A stretch of 64,000 bases of DNA from Pristiophorus japonicus (taxonomy: Eukaryota), in contig NC_091977.1 of NCBI RefSeq assembly GCF_044704955.1, positions 255,316,001 to 255,380,000 on the forward strand, read 5' to 3'. Position 1 is the stretch's first letter, and the number at the start of each line of letters is the position of its first letter. The translations under genes were made by a program, and so were the position numbers. The notes under the pieces were generated by a model. The model was not told the origin of the DNA and made no database searches. It worked only from the letters and a program-made list of their open reading frames with translations. Positions 26,360-39,744 of the stretch are shown one piece after another.

Positions 26360-29300
26360 GCCCTGAGGCTCTGAGTCTCAATGTGAGGAGCATTCGTAAT
26401 GAGGTGGATGAATTGACTGCGCAGATAGCTGTTAATGGATATGATGTCATTGGGATTACGGAGACATGGCTCCAAGGTTGGGAACTCAACATCCAGGAGT
26501 ATTCAATATTCAGGAAGGACAGACAGGAAGGAAAAGAAGGTGGGGTCGCATTACTGATTAAAGAGGAGATTAATGCAATAGTAAGGAAGGACATTAGCAC
26601 GGATGATGTGGAATCTATGGGCCCAAGTTTCGAGCCGCGCCTAGAACGGCGCAGTCCCGACCTGGACGCCCGTTTTTCGTGCCACAAAGTGCGCCTAAAA
26701 AAAACCTCCGTATTCTCCACCTCCCTGCAAGTCCTCTGGACCTCGGCGCAGTGCAGCACGAGCTGTAGGGGGCGGAGCCAGGTCCCTGCGCTGAAAACAG
26801 TGCCGGGACCTCTGCACATGCGCGCAACAGTGGGCACGCAAGTGCAGTAGCTCCAGGCGCCCGAAACTGTGTGGGAGGGGCACTGGGGCTGCGTGAATAA
26901 GGCTCCTCCCACGGCCAGCTCCTGCTTCCTCGACTCCCGCTTCCCGCCTCCGGACCCGACCCGACTCCCGCTCCCCCCTCCACCCCTGCCCCGACTGGAC
27001 CCGACCCGACTCCCGCTCCCGCTCCTCTCCCCCGCCCCCCGGACCGGACCCGACCCGACTCCCGCTCCCGCTCTCCCCCCCGCCTGGACCCGACCCGCCT
27101 CCCGTTCCCGCTCCCCCCCCCCACTGGACCTGACCCGACTCCCGCTCCCCCCCGCCCCCGCCTCCGGACTGGATCCGACCTGACCTCCCTCTCCCCGACC
27201 TGACCTCCCTCTCCTCGACCTGACCTCCCTCCCCCCGACCCAAACCAAACCTCCCTCTCTTCCTCCCTCCCACCACCCCCCCGACCCGACCCTGTAAATC
27301 TGGTGCTGGGGATGGGCCCTGCCCGAAGTCTCGGGCCCGGCCCGTTCAGCCTCCCTCCCCCTTCTCCTTCACCCCCCCACAATCTCCTTCCCCCCATCTC
27401 ATCTCCTTCTCCGCCCCCCATCTCCTTCTCCCCCCCATCTCCTTCTCCCCCCCCATCTCCTTCTCCCCCCCACCATCTCCTTCTCCCCCCCATCTCCTTC
27501 TCCTCCTTCTCCCCTCCATCTCCTCCCCCCGCCATCTCCTCCACCCCCCCATCTCCTTCCCCCCCCACATGTCCTTTCTCCCCCTTCTTCCCTTTATCCC
27601 CTTCTCCCCCCTCCCCCCTTCTCCCTCCCCCTTCCCTCCCTCTGCTCCCCCCCTCTCTCCCTCTAACCCCCTCCTCCCCCTCCCCTCACTTTCAGAAACA
27701 CAGACACTGACAGACAGAGAATGTGAAACACACACAGACAGACAGAGAGATAGAGACACTGACAGAGACACACTGTGGGGTGGGGGAGGGGGGGGAATCC
27801 CAGCACGCTATTGGAGGGCTCCCGGTGCTGCAGTCGGTAAGTAGAAAATGTTTTATTTATTGATTTTTTTTAAAAACAATTATTTCTTATTAATTTTTTT
27901 TGATTGATTTATTGATGTATTTATCATTTATTATTGATGATGGCTCTTTATTTGTAAAACTGAAGTGTTTAATGTTTGTAAACTTCCCTTTAAACCCCCC
28001 CGCTCCCCCCCCCACCATTCCCTACGCCTGATTTGTAACCTACGCCTGATTTTCTAAAGTGTAGACAAGGTTTTTTCGAGCGTACAAAAATCTTCACTTA
28101 CTCCATTCTAAGTTAGTTTGGAGTAAGTTTTCACTGACGAAACTTTGAAAACAGGCGTAAGTGGCCGGACACGCCCCCTTTTGAAAAAAAAGTTCTGTTC
28201 CAAAGTGAAACTGTTCTAACTGACTCGAACTGGAGCAAATTAAATGACGAGAATTCCGATTTCTAAGATACTCCGTTCTACACCAGTTGCTCCTAAAAGT
28301 CAGGAGCAAATCATGTGGAAACTTGGGGCCTATATGGGTAGAGCTGCGAAACACCAAAGGGCAGAAAATATTAGTGGGAGTTGTGTACAGACCACTAAAC
28401 AGTAGTCGGGAGGTTGGGGATGGCATCAAACAGGAAATTAGGGATGTGTGCAATAAGGGTATAGCAGTTATCATGGGTGACTTTAATCTGCATATTGATT
28501 GGGCTAACCAAACTGGTAGCAATACTGTGGAGGAGGATTTCCTGGAGTGTATAAGGGATAGTTTTCTGGACTAATATGTCGAGGAACCAAATGGAGAGCA
28601 GGCCATCCTAGACTGGGTCTTGTGCAACGAGAGAGGATTAATTAGCAATCTGGTCGTGTGGGGCTCCTTGGGGAAGAGTGACCATAATATGGTAGAATTC
28701 TTCATTAAGATGAAGAGTGACACAGTTAATTCAGAGACTAGGATCCTGAACTTAAAGAAAGGAAACTTCGACGGTATGAGACGTGAATTGGTCAGGATAG
28801 ACTGGAAAATTATACTGACAGGGTTGATTGTGGATAGGCAATGGCAGACATTAAAATATCACATGGATGAACTACAACAATTGTACATCCCTGTGTGGCG
28901 TAAGAATAAAAAAAAGAGAAAGTGGCTCAACTGTGGCTAACAAGGGAAATTAGGGAAAGTGTTAAATCCAAGGAAGCGGCATATAAATTGACCAGAAAAA
29001 GCAGCAAACCTGAGGACTGGGAGAAATTTAGAATTCAGCAAGGAGGACAAAGGGTTTAATTAGCAGGGGGAAAATAGAGTATGAGAGTAAGCTTGCAGGG
29101 AACATAAAAACTGACTGCAAAAGCTTCAATAGATATGTGAAGAGAAAAAGATTACTGAGATTAATGTAGGTCCCTTGCAGTCAGAATCAGGTGAATTCAT
29201 AATGGGGAACAAGGAAACAGAAGACCAATTGAACAAATACTTTGGTTCTGTCTTCACTAAGGAAGACATGAATAACCTCCCGAAAATACTAGGAGACAGA

Positions 29301-30416
29301 GAGTCTAGCGAGAAGGGGGAACTGAGGGAAATCCTAATTAGTCAGGAAATGGTGTTAGGGAAATTGAAGGGACTGAAGGCCAATAAATCCCCAGGGCCTG
29401 ATAGTCTGCATCCCAGAGTACTTAATGAAATGGCCCTAGAAATAGTGGATGCATTGGTAGTCATTTTCCAACATTCTATAGGCTCTGGTTTAGTTTCTAT
29501 GGATTGGGGGGTAGCTAGTGTAACCCCACTTTTTAAAAAAGAAGGGAGAGAGAAAACAAAGATACAGACTGGTTAGCCTGACATCAGTTGTGGGGAGAAT
29601 GTTGGAATCAATTATTAAAGACATAATAGCAGCGCATTTGGAAAGCAGTGACAGGATTGTTCCAAGTCAGCATGGATTTATGACAGGGAAAGCATGCTTG
29701 ACAAATCTTCTAGAGTTTTTTGAGGATGTAACTAGTAGAGTGGATAAGGGAGAACCAGTGGATGTGGTATATTTGGACTTTCAAAAGGCTTTTGACAAGG
29801 TCCCACACAAGAGATTAGTGTGGGTAATGTATTGTCATGGATAGAGAACTGGTTGGCAGACAGGATTGCAAAGAGTGGGAATAAATGGGTCCTTTTCAGA
29901 ATGGCAGGCAGTGACTAGTGGGGTGCCGCAGGGCTCAGTGCTGGGACCCCAGCTATTTACAATATACATTAATGATTTAGACGAAGAAATTGAATGTAAT
30001 ATCTCCAAGTTTGCAGATGACACTAAGCTGGGTGGCAGTGCGAGCTGCGAGGAGGATGCTCTGATGCTGCAAGAGGACGTGGACAAGTTAGGTCAGTGGG
30101 CAAATGCATGGCAGATGCAGTATAATGTGGATGTGTGAGATTATCCTCTTTGGTTGCAAAAACAGGAAGGCAGATTATTATATGAATGAAGGCAAATGGC
30201 ATGCTGGCCTTCATAGCGAGGGGATTTGAGTATAGGAGCAGAGAGGTCTTACCGCAGTTGTACAGGGCCTTGGTGAGACCACACCTTGAGTATTGTGTGC
30301 AGTTTTGGTCTCCGGATCTGAGGAAGGACATTCTTGCCTATTGAGGGAGTGCAGCGAAGGTTCACCAGACTGATTACTGGGATGGCAGGACTGACATATG
30401 AAGAAAGACTGGATCA
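26360..30416 (+). pseudogene. CR1-like LINE ORF2 (AP endonuclease + RT), interrupted at 26619-28330, 3' end missing
   Basis: GITETWL, MGDFN, GKSDH, QHGF, YLDFQKAFDKV, GVPQGSVLGP, FADDTK. Confidence 0.93.
26619..28330. mobile_element. Young non-autonomous Harbinger-type element, copy 1 (1712 bp)
   Basis: TIR GGGCCCAAGTTTC / GAAACTTGGGGCC; TAT TSD; removal restores the LINE reading DDVESIWVEL. Confidence 0.93.
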
Positions 30417-32366
30417 ACTGGGAGAAATTTAGAACTCAGCAAAGGAGGACAAAGGGTCTGATTAGGGCAGGGAAAATCGAGTACGAGAGGAAGCTTGCAG
30501 GGAACATGAAGACGGATTGCAAAAGTTTCTATAGATATGTAAAGAGAAAAAGGTTAGTAAAGACGAACGTAGGTCCCCTGCAGTCAGAATCAGGGGAAGT
30601 CATAACTGGGAACAAAGAAATGGCAGACCAATTGAACAAGTACTTTGCTTCGGTATTCACTAAGGAGGACACAAACAACCTTCCGGATATAAAAGGGGTC
30701 AGAGGGTCTAGTAAGGAGGAGGAACTGAGGGAAATCCTTAGTAGTCGGGAAATTGTGTTGGGGAAATTGATGGGATTGAAGGCTGATAAATCCCCAGGGC
30801 CTGATGGACTGCATCCCAGAGTACTTAAGGAGGTGGCCTTGGAAATAGTGGATGCATTGACAGTCATTTTCCAACATTCCATAGACTCTGGATCAGTTCC
30901 TATCGAGTGGAGGGTAGCCAATGTAACCCCACTTTTTAAAAAAATGAGGGAGAGAGAAAACAGGGAATTATTGACCGGTCAGCCTGACCTCAGTAGTGGG
31001 TAAAATGATGGAATCAATTATTAAGGATGTCATAGCAGTGCATTTGAAAAGAGGTGACATGATAGGTCCAAGTCATGGATTTGTGAAAGGGAAATCATGC
31101 TTGACAAATCTTCTGGAATTTTTTGAGGATGTTTCCAGTAGAGTGGACCTGGAGAACCAGTTGATGTGGTATGTTTGGACTTTCAGAAGGCTTTCGACAA
31201 GGTCCCACACAAGTGATTACTGTGCAAAGTTAAAGCACATGGGATTGGGGGTAGTGTGCTGACATGGATTGAGAACTGGTTGTCAGACAGGAAGCAAAGA
31301 GTAGGAGTAAATGGATACTTTTCAAAATGGCAGACAGTGACTAGTGGGGTACCGCAAGGTTCTGTGCTGGGGCCCCAGCTGTTTATACTGTACATTAATG
31401 ATTTAGACGAGGGGATTAAATGTAGTATCTCCAAATTTGCAGATGACACTAAGTTGTGTGGCAGTGTGAGCTGCAAGGAGGATGCTATGAGGCTGCAGAG
31501 TGAGTTGGATAGGTTAGGTGAGTGGGAAAATGCATGGCAGATGAAGTATAATGTGGATGAATGTGAGGTTATCCACTTTGGTGGTAAAAACAGAGAGACA
31601 GACTATTATCTGAATGGTGACAGATTAGGAAAAGGGGAGGTGCAACGAGACCTGGGTGTCATGGTGCATCAGTCATTGAAGTTGGCATGCAGGTACAGCA
31701 GGCGGTTAAGAAAACAAATGGCATGTTGGCCTTCATAGCGAGGGGATTTGAGTACAGGGGCAGGGAGGTGTTGCTACAGTTGTACAGGGTCTTGGTGAGG
31801 CCACACCTGGAGTATTGTGTACAGTTTTGGTCTCCTAACCTGAGGAAGGACATTCTTGCTATTGAGGGAGTGCAGCGATGGTTCACCAGACTGATGGGAC
31901 TGACCTATCAAGAAAGACTGGATCAACTGGGCTTGTATTCACTGGAGTTCAGAAGAATAAAAGGGGATCTCATAGAAACGTTTAAAATTCTCACGGGTTT
32001 AGACAGGTTAGATGCAGGAAGAATGTTCCCAATGTTGGGGAAGTCCAGAACCAGGGGTCACAGTCTAAGGATAAGGGGTAAGCCATTTAGGACTGAGATG
32101 AGGAGAAACTTCTTCACCCAGAGAGTGGTGAACCTGTAGAATTCTCTACCACAGAAGGTTGTTGAGGCCAATTCACTAAATATATTCAAAAGGGAGTTAG
32201 ATGAAGTCCTTACTACTGGGGGGAATCAAGGGGTATGGCGAGAAAACAGGAAGGGGGTACTGAAGTTGCATGTTCAGCCATGAACTCATTGAATGGCGGT
32301 GCAGGCTAGAAGGGCCGAATGGCCTACTCCTGCACCTATTTGCTATGTTTCTATGTTTCTATGTTT
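30417..32366 (+). mobile_element. 5'-truncated CR1-like LINE, copy 2 of the stack
   Basis: RT motifs repeated; (TTTCTATG)n tail at ~32343-32366. Confidence 0.93.
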
Positions 32367-34215
32367 AAAATGGACTGCAAAAGCTTCTATAGATATGTAA
32401 GGAGAAAAAGGTTAGTAAAGACAAACGTAGGTCCCTTGCAGTCAGAATCAGGGGAAGTCATAACTGGGAACAAAGAAATGGCAGACCAATTGAACAAGTA
32501 CTTTGGTTCGGTATTCACTAAGGAGGACACAAATAATCTTCCGGATATAAAAGGGGTCAGAGGGTCTAGTAAGAAGGAGGAACTGAGGGAATCCTTATTA
32601 GTCGGGGAAATGTGTTGGGGAAATTGATGGGATTGAAGGCCGATAAATCCCCAGGGCCTGATGGTTGCATCCCAGAGTACTTAAGGAGGTGGCCTTGGAA
32701 ATAGCGGATGCATTGACAGTCATTTTCCAACATTCCATAGACTCTGGATCAGTTCCTATGGAGTGGAGGGTAGCCAATGTAACCCCACTTTTTAAAAAAG
32801 GAGGGAGAGAGAAAACAGGGTATTATCGACCGGTCAGCCTGACATCACTAGTGGGGAAATTGATGGAATCAATTATTAAGGATGTCATAGAAGCGCATTT
32901 AGAAAGAGGTGACATGATAGGTCCAAGTCATGGATTTGTGAAAGGGAAATCATGCTTGACAAATCTTCTGGAATTTTTTGAGGATGTTTCCAGTAGAGTG
33001 GACAAGGGAGAACCAGTTGATGTGATGCATTTGGACTTTCAGAAGGCTTTCGACAAAGTCCCACAAAAGAGATTAGTGTGCAAAGTTAAAGCACATGGGA
33101 TTGGGGGTAGTGTGCTGACGTGGATTGAAAACTGGTTGGCAGATAGGAAGCAAAGAGTAGGAGTAAATGGGTAATTTTCAGAATGGCAGGCAGTGACTAG
33201 TGGGGTACCACAGGTTCTGTGCTGGGGCCCCAGCTGTTTACATTGTACATCAATGATTTAGACGAGGGGATTAAATGTAGTATTTCCAAATTTGTAGATG
33301 ACATTAAGTTGGGTGGCAGTGTGAGCTGCGAGGAGGATGCTATGAGGCTGCAGAATGACTTGGATAGGTTAGATGAGTGGGCAAATGCATGGCAAATGAA
33401 GTATAATGTGGATAAATTTGAGGTTATCCACTTTGGTGGTAAAAACAGAGAGACAGACTATTATCTGAATGGTGACAGATTAGGAAAAGGGGAAGTGCAA
33501 CGAGACTTGGGTGTCATGATACATCAGTCATTGAAGGTTGGCATGCAGGTACAGCAGGCTGTTAAGAAAGCAAATGGCATGTTGACCTTCATAACGAGGG
33601 GATTTGAGGGGCAGGGAGGTGTTACTACAGTTGTACAGGGCCTTGGTGAGGCCACACCTGGGGTATTGTATACAGTTTTGGTCTCCTAACTTGAGGAAGG
33701 ACGTTCTTGCTATTGAGGGAGTGCAGCAAATGTTCACCAGACTGATTCCCGGGATGGCGAGACTGACATAGCAAGAAAGACTGGATCAACTGGGCTTGTA
33801 TTCACTGGAGTTCAGAAGAATGAGAGGGGATCTCATAGAAACGTTTCAAATTTTGACGGGTTTAGACAGGTTAGATGCAGGAAGAATGTTCCCAATGTTG
33901 GTGAAGTCCAGAACCAGGGGTCACAGTCTAAGGATAAGGGGTAAGCCATTTAGGACCGAGATGAGGAGAAACTTCTTCACCCAGAGAGTGGTGAACCTGT
34001 AGAATTCTCTACCACGGGAAGTTGTTGAGGCCAATTCATTAAATATATTCAAAAAGGAGTTAGATGTAGTCCTTACTACTAGGGGGATCAAGGGGTACGG
34101 CGAGAAAGCAGGAATGGGGTACTAAAGTTGCATGTTCAGCCATGAACTCATTGAATGGAGGTGCAGGCTCGAAGGGCCGAATGGCCTACTCCTGCACCTA
34201 TTTTCTATGTTTCTA
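32367..34215 (+). mobile_element. 5'-truncated CR1-like LINE, copy 3 of the stack
   Basis: Closely similar to ~30510-32366; tail at ~34200-34215. Confidence 0.93.
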
Positions 34216-34605
34216 TATTCACTGGAATTTAGAAGAATGAGAGGGGATCGCATAGAAACATATAAAATTGTGACGTGATTTGACAGGTTAGATGCAGGAA
34301 GAATGTTCCTGATGTTGGGGAAGTCCAGAACCAGGGGTCACAGTCTAAGGATAAGGCGTAAGCCATTTAGGACCGAGATGAGGAGAAACTTCTTCACACA
34401 GAGAATTGTGAACCTGTGGAACTCTCTACCACAGAAAGTTGTTGAGGCCAGTTCATTAAATATATTCAAAAGGGAGTTAGATGAGGCCCTTACGGCTGAA
34501 AGGATCAAGGGGTCTGGAAAGAAAGCAGGAATGGGGTACTGAAGTTGCATGATCAGCCATGATCATATTGAATGGTGGTGCAGGCTCTGTTTCTATGTTT
34601 CTATG
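34216..34605 (+). mobile_element. Short CR1-like LINE 3' fragment, copy 4 of the stack
   Basis: YSLEFRRMRGD...VNLWNSLP, deleted 3' UTR, TTTCTATG tail. Confidence 0.9.
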
Positions 34606-35398
34606 ATACCCGCAATCCTCCCTGGCAATTTTGCGTTGGGGCATTAACACTTTCTGCCTTGCTCTCTTGCGCCCCATAGATTGTGAGGTCATCCGGTGCG
34701 CAGCATTCCATTATCGCCCTGGATGTGATATTCGCTCCCTCCCCTGCAGCATCGCAGGAGGCATTGTCACCTCAGCTGACTGCTTGGTGAGTGTCAATTA
34801 AAGGCAGTGATAGTCAGGTCGGGCAAAGTTTACTTAACTACCAATTCTGGTGCCTCCTGATGCCTTTTTCCCCCACAATTGCTCAGCCCTGTACTCTCAG
34901 AGTGCTTGGAGCTGCTATGCACATAACACAGGTCCGGTAGCCCAACAAACAGAGCATGAACATTCATTCAACCCATCATTGGCCTTTCCCTTTAAGCGAG
35001 GGAAGGAGCCTGTACAGCTGGCAGCGCTGCACGAAACATTGTTCAGCGCTCTGCCAATACCACCCCTCTCACTCCGTTTAGCGCTCTAAGGGAAGTGATA
35101 GTGCTTGATTTAGCGCTCCACTTCCCTCTTGGAGTACTAAAGGGGAACTTCCCGGAAGCATCAAAGTTTCTTGTCTGGCGATACTTCTGCGTTCCCTGAA
35201 AAGTTGCCACCCCCAACGGGACGCTACGCAATTTCTAGCCCTATGCTTTTCCAACTGTTTACACAATAGCTTCCCCAAACTCAGTTAGCATTTGATGATA
35301 GGCAAAAGAACCAGAGGCAGCATGCAGAAACATTTTTTTTCTGCAGTGAGTTGTTACGATCTGGAATGTACTGCCTGAAGGGGTGATGGAAGCAGAAT

Positions 35399-36425
35399 CA
35401 TAAGAATATAAGAATATAAGAACATAAGAAATAGGAGCAGGAGTTGGCCATACGGCCCTTCGAGCCTGCCCCACCATTTCATGGCTGATCCGATTATAGA
35501 CTCAGGTCCACTTCCCTGCCCGCTCTCCATAACCCCTTATTTCCTTATCGTTTAAGAAACTGTCTATTTCTGTCTTAAATTTATTCAATGTCCCAGCTTC
35601 CACAGCTCTCTGAGGCAGCGAACTCAACAGATCCACAACCCTCTGAGAGAAAAAATTTCTCCTCATCTCAGTTTTAAATGGGTGGCCCCTTATTCTAAGA
35701 TTATGCCCTCTAGTTCTAGTCTCCCCATCAGTGGAAACATCCTCTCTGCATCCACCTCATCAAGCCCCCTCATAATCTTATACGTTTCGATAAAATCACC
35801 TCTCATTCTTCTGAATTCCAATGAGTAGAGACCCAACCTACTCAACCTTTCCTCATAAGTCAACCCCCTCAGCTCTGGAATCAACCTTGTGAACCTTCTC
35901 TGAATTGCCTCCAAAGCAAGTATATCCTTTTGTAAATATGGAAACCAAAACTGCACGAGTATTCCAGGTGTGGCCTCACCAATACCCTGTACAACTGTAG
36001 CAAGACTTCCCTGCTATTATACTCCATCTCCTTTGCAATAAAGGCCAAGATTCCATTGGCCTTCCTGATCACTTGCTGTACCTGCATACCAACCTTTTGT
36101 GTTTCATGCACAAGTACCCCCAGGTCCCGCTGTACTGCAGCATTTTGCAATCTTTCTCCATTTAAATAATAACTTGCTCTTTGATTTTTTTCTGCCAAAG
36201 TGCATGACCTCACACTTTCTAACATTATACTCCGTCTGCCAAATTGTCGCCCACTCACTAAGCCTGTCTATGTCCTTTTGCTGATTTTTTGTGTCCTCCT
36301 CACACATTGCTTTTCCTCCCATCTTTGTATCATCAGCAAACTTGGCTACGTTACACTCGGCCCCTTCCTCCAAGTCCTTATTATAGATTGTAAATAGTTG
36401 GGGTACCAGCACTGATCCCTGCAGC
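35399..36425 (-). mobile_element. 5'-truncated CR1-like LINE
   Basis: (CATAAGAA)n tail at ~35400-35430; QGSVL, FADDTK, RPHLEY; flanked by pieces of an older plus-strand LINE 3' end (35290-35398, 36440-36600). Confidence 0.92.
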
Positions 36426-36603
36426 ACCTCACCACACCACCAAGGAAACTTTCAAAAGCGAATTGGATATATACTTACAGGGAACTTTTTTTTGACAGGA
36501 CTATGGGGAAAGAGCCGGGGTGGGACTAATTGGATAGCTCTACTTTGGAGCTGGCACAGGCATGATGGGGTAAATAGCCCCTTTCTATGCTGTATAATAC
36601 AAT

Positions 36604-38237
36604 GGGCCCAAGTTTCCACACGCGCCTAGAACGGCGCAGTCCCGAGCTGGGCGCCCGTTTTTCGCGGCACAAAGTGCGCCTAAAAAAATCCTCGGTATTC
36701 TCCACCTACTTGCAGGTCCTCTGGCCCTCGGCGCAGCCAGCACGAGCTGTGGGGGGGCGGAGCCAGGTCCCTGCGCTGAAAACAGTGCCGGGACCTCTGC
36801 ACATGCGCGCTACAGTGGGCACGCAAGTGCAGTAGCTCCAGGCGCCGAACTGTGTGGGAGGGGCCCGAAGCACGCAGCCCCTAGCCCTGGCTGAATGGCC
36901 TCACTGGGGCTGCGTGAATAAGGTTCCTCCCACGGCCAGCTCCTGCTTCCCCCCCGACCAGACCCGACACCCGCTCCCCGCCCCCCCCCCGCCTCCGGAC
37001 CAGACCAGACCCGACACTCGCTCCCCGCCACCCCCTGCCTCCGGACTAGACCCGACACTCGCTCCCCGCCCCCCCCCTGCCTCCGGACTAGACCCGACAC
37101 CCGCGCCCCCCCCCCCCCCCGCCTCCGGACCAGACCTGACACCCGCTCCTCCGGACCAGACCCGACACCCGCTCCCCGCCGCCCCCCCCCGCCTCTGGAC
37201 CAGACCCGACACCCGCTCCCCGCCGCCCCCCCCCGCCTCTGGACCAGACCCGACACCCGCTCCCCGCCCCCCCCCCCCACCTCTGGACCAGACCCGACAG
37301 CCGCGCCCCCCCCCCCCGACCCGACCCGCGCTCCTGTTCCCGCTCCCAGCCTCCCCGACTCGACCCGACCCGCGCTCCTGTTCCCGCTCCCCGCCCCCCC
37401 GACTGGACCCGACCCGACCCGTGCTCCCGTCCACCGACCCGACCCCCTCCCACTGGACCCGACCCGACTCCCACTCCCAGACTGGATCCGACCTGACCTC
37501 CCCCCTCCCTCCGTCCCTCTCTCTCTCCCCCCTCTCTCTCTCCCCCCCTCCTTCTCCCCCTCACTCCTTCTCCCCCCTCTCCTTCTCCCCCCCCTCTCTC
37601 TCCCCCCCCCCTCTCTCTCCCTCTCTCCCCCCCCCCCCCCCAACCCGACCCGACCCGAACCGAACCGAACCTCCCCAGCGCCACCTACCTGTAAATCTGG
37701 TGCTAGGGACGGGCCCTGCCCGAAGTCTCGGGCCGGCCCGTTCAGCCTTCGGTCCCGAAAGGCCTGCTTGAAGCACTTTCACACAGGTAGGAAGAAGGTT
37801 TATTTAATCTTTTCTTTGCTTATAAATGTTTATTCAGGTTGGATTTATTTGTATAATATTTGTATAAGTATAAATAAGGATTTATTATAGAATTTAATGA
37901 CTTCCCTTCCCCCCCCCACCTCGTTCTGGACGCCTAATTTGTAACCTGCGCATGATTTTTTAATGTGTCGAACAGGTTTTTTCAGTTCTACAAAAATCTT
38001 CACTTGCTCCATTCTACTTTAGTTTGGAGTACGTTTTCACTGTAGAAACTTTCAAATCAGGCGTCAGTGGCCGGACACGCCCCCTTTTGAAGAAAAAATT
38101 CTGTTCCAAAGTAGAACTGTTCTACCTGACTAGAACTGCAGAAAAAAAAAATGTGGAGAATTGCGATTTCTAAGATAGTCCGTTCTCCACCAATTGCTCC
38201 TAAAAATCAGGCGCAAATCATGTGGAAACTTGGGCCC
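36604..38237. mobile_element. Young non-autonomous Harbinger-type element, copy 2 (1634 bp)
   Basis: Perfect 17-bp TIR GGGCCCAAGTTTCCACA; AAT TSD (36601-36603, 38238-38240); homologous to 26619-28330. Confidence 0.95.
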
Positions 38238-38299
38238 AATGAAACTATGATTTTATAGGCTCTCCGAAAAACAGATGTTAAAATTTACATTGAATTACA

Positions 38300-39350
38300 C
38301 TGAATCCACAGCACAGAAACAGGCCATTTGGCCCAACGGGTCTGCACTCGTTTTTAAACTTGACATAAGCTCCTCCCACTCGAATTATCTCTTCTTCTGT
38401 ATCCTTCTATTCCCTTCTTCTCCTTCATATATGCCTCAGACGTCCTCTTAAAATGCACCTATGCTATTGGTTTCACCCACTCCATGTGGCTGTGAGTTCC
38501 ACATTCTCAAATTACTAGCCTAAAGTTTCCAGGTAAGTCTTTAGACCTTATTAAAATAATAGTTTTACTTGTTCATTTCTCTCCTGCAATTCAATGAATG
38601 TATAAAAATGTTCATTAAAGTGCTACTAATTTCAGCCACCATCTTCTTTAAGATTTGTGGATGTAAGTTCTGTACAAAGTACATTGTTTCTTTAAGAGCA
38701 CCTAACATTTTGATATTCATATCTCTCATTATTTATGTACTGCTTAGATCCTCCTCTACTCTTCCTGGAAATCAGATATGTGGCAGGCAACTTTGAGTAA
38801 AGACAGATGCGAAGTAATGATTTAATAACACTGCTATTTCTTTGTCTCTTGATGCAAGCTTTTCACTATCATTCTTCGGTCGACCACAGCTTTATCTCAC
38901 TCTTTCTTTACACTGTGCATATTTATTGGTATTTAAGATATTCTTCGTCATCTTACATTGAATGTTTCTCTGGTAGTCTCATGATACAATTTTCACGTAC
39001 TCTTGCTTATCTTTATAATTTGTCCATTGCTTCTAGCTCTTGGATTATTATACATTTCAAAAGCCTGCTGCTTATGCTGCCGCTCCCCTCCCCGCCCCCC
39101 CCCCCCACTGCATTCCCCCCCCCGCACTCCCCCCTCCCCCATCCCCCGCACCCAATACTACTCTTTACTTTTCTACTTAGGCCCGTTGGCATCTGTTGCC
39201 CCTTAATCTGTTTGGATTTGGCTGCAACAAATTTTGTTTTTAACCTTACCAACGATTCCTTCAATATTTTCCACTTTCTGCAGCGGTTCTTCGAACCATT
39301 ATTGTATGGCAGTCAGCTTTTTTTCACATCATATCTGTGCTTTTAAGACC
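38300..39350 (-). mobile_element. Old, decayed CR1-like LINE fragments
   Basis: Minus-strand DKEIAVLLNHYFASVFT and NLHPQILKKMVAEI; 3'-UTR-like segment at 38300-38510. Confidence 0.65.
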
Positions 39351-39744
39351 ATTAATTCTGTGTCACTGATACACTGATAGATATATGAACACGTAAAAAG
39401 GATAACAAAAGACCTTCTGGCCCATTAAACTTGCCCCATGGTGCAGCTTTGATTTACAGAACTGCCTCAGTCATAAAATGGCCCAGATATTAGTTTGGAG
39501 GCATGGGGGCGGAGATTGGAAGGGTTGGAGGTGGAGATTTGAAGGGTCAAGCGGGGAAATTGGAAGAGTTGGGGGAAGATCAGAAGATTCGATGTTGTGG
39601 GAGGGGGAGGGCAAGGGGAGATGGTAGCCTGCAGCCAGGGAGTGCAGAGGAGGGAGGGAAGGATTGGAAAGACCAGGGTGAGGTTGGAGACCATGGCTCG
39701 GGTGGAGGGATGTCCGATCACAGGAGGAGAGTGGTACCGGAAGC

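Larger units (their letters stand above)
25651..35241. mobile_element. Probable non-autonomous Harbinger (25651-~25740 plus ~34606-35241) split by the LINE stack
   Basis: GGGAGAAATT on the left, AATTTCTAGCCC on the right, TAT on both flanks, related subterminal GGGGG(C/T)GG(T/C)AAC. Confidence 0.55.

Noticed and set aside
26289-27844. Long Gly/Arg/Pro-rich ORFs (up to 319 aa)
   Set aside because: They come from stop-poor GC-rich simple repeats inside a non-autonomous transposon and are open in several frames.
36810-37782. Long low-complexity ORFs on both strands
   Set aside because: Same cause; translations are not conserved with copy 1.
38569-39346. Hydrophobic ORFs resembling a membrane protein
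   Set aside because: Antisense to a decayed CR1 ORF2 (YFASVFT motif on the minus strand).
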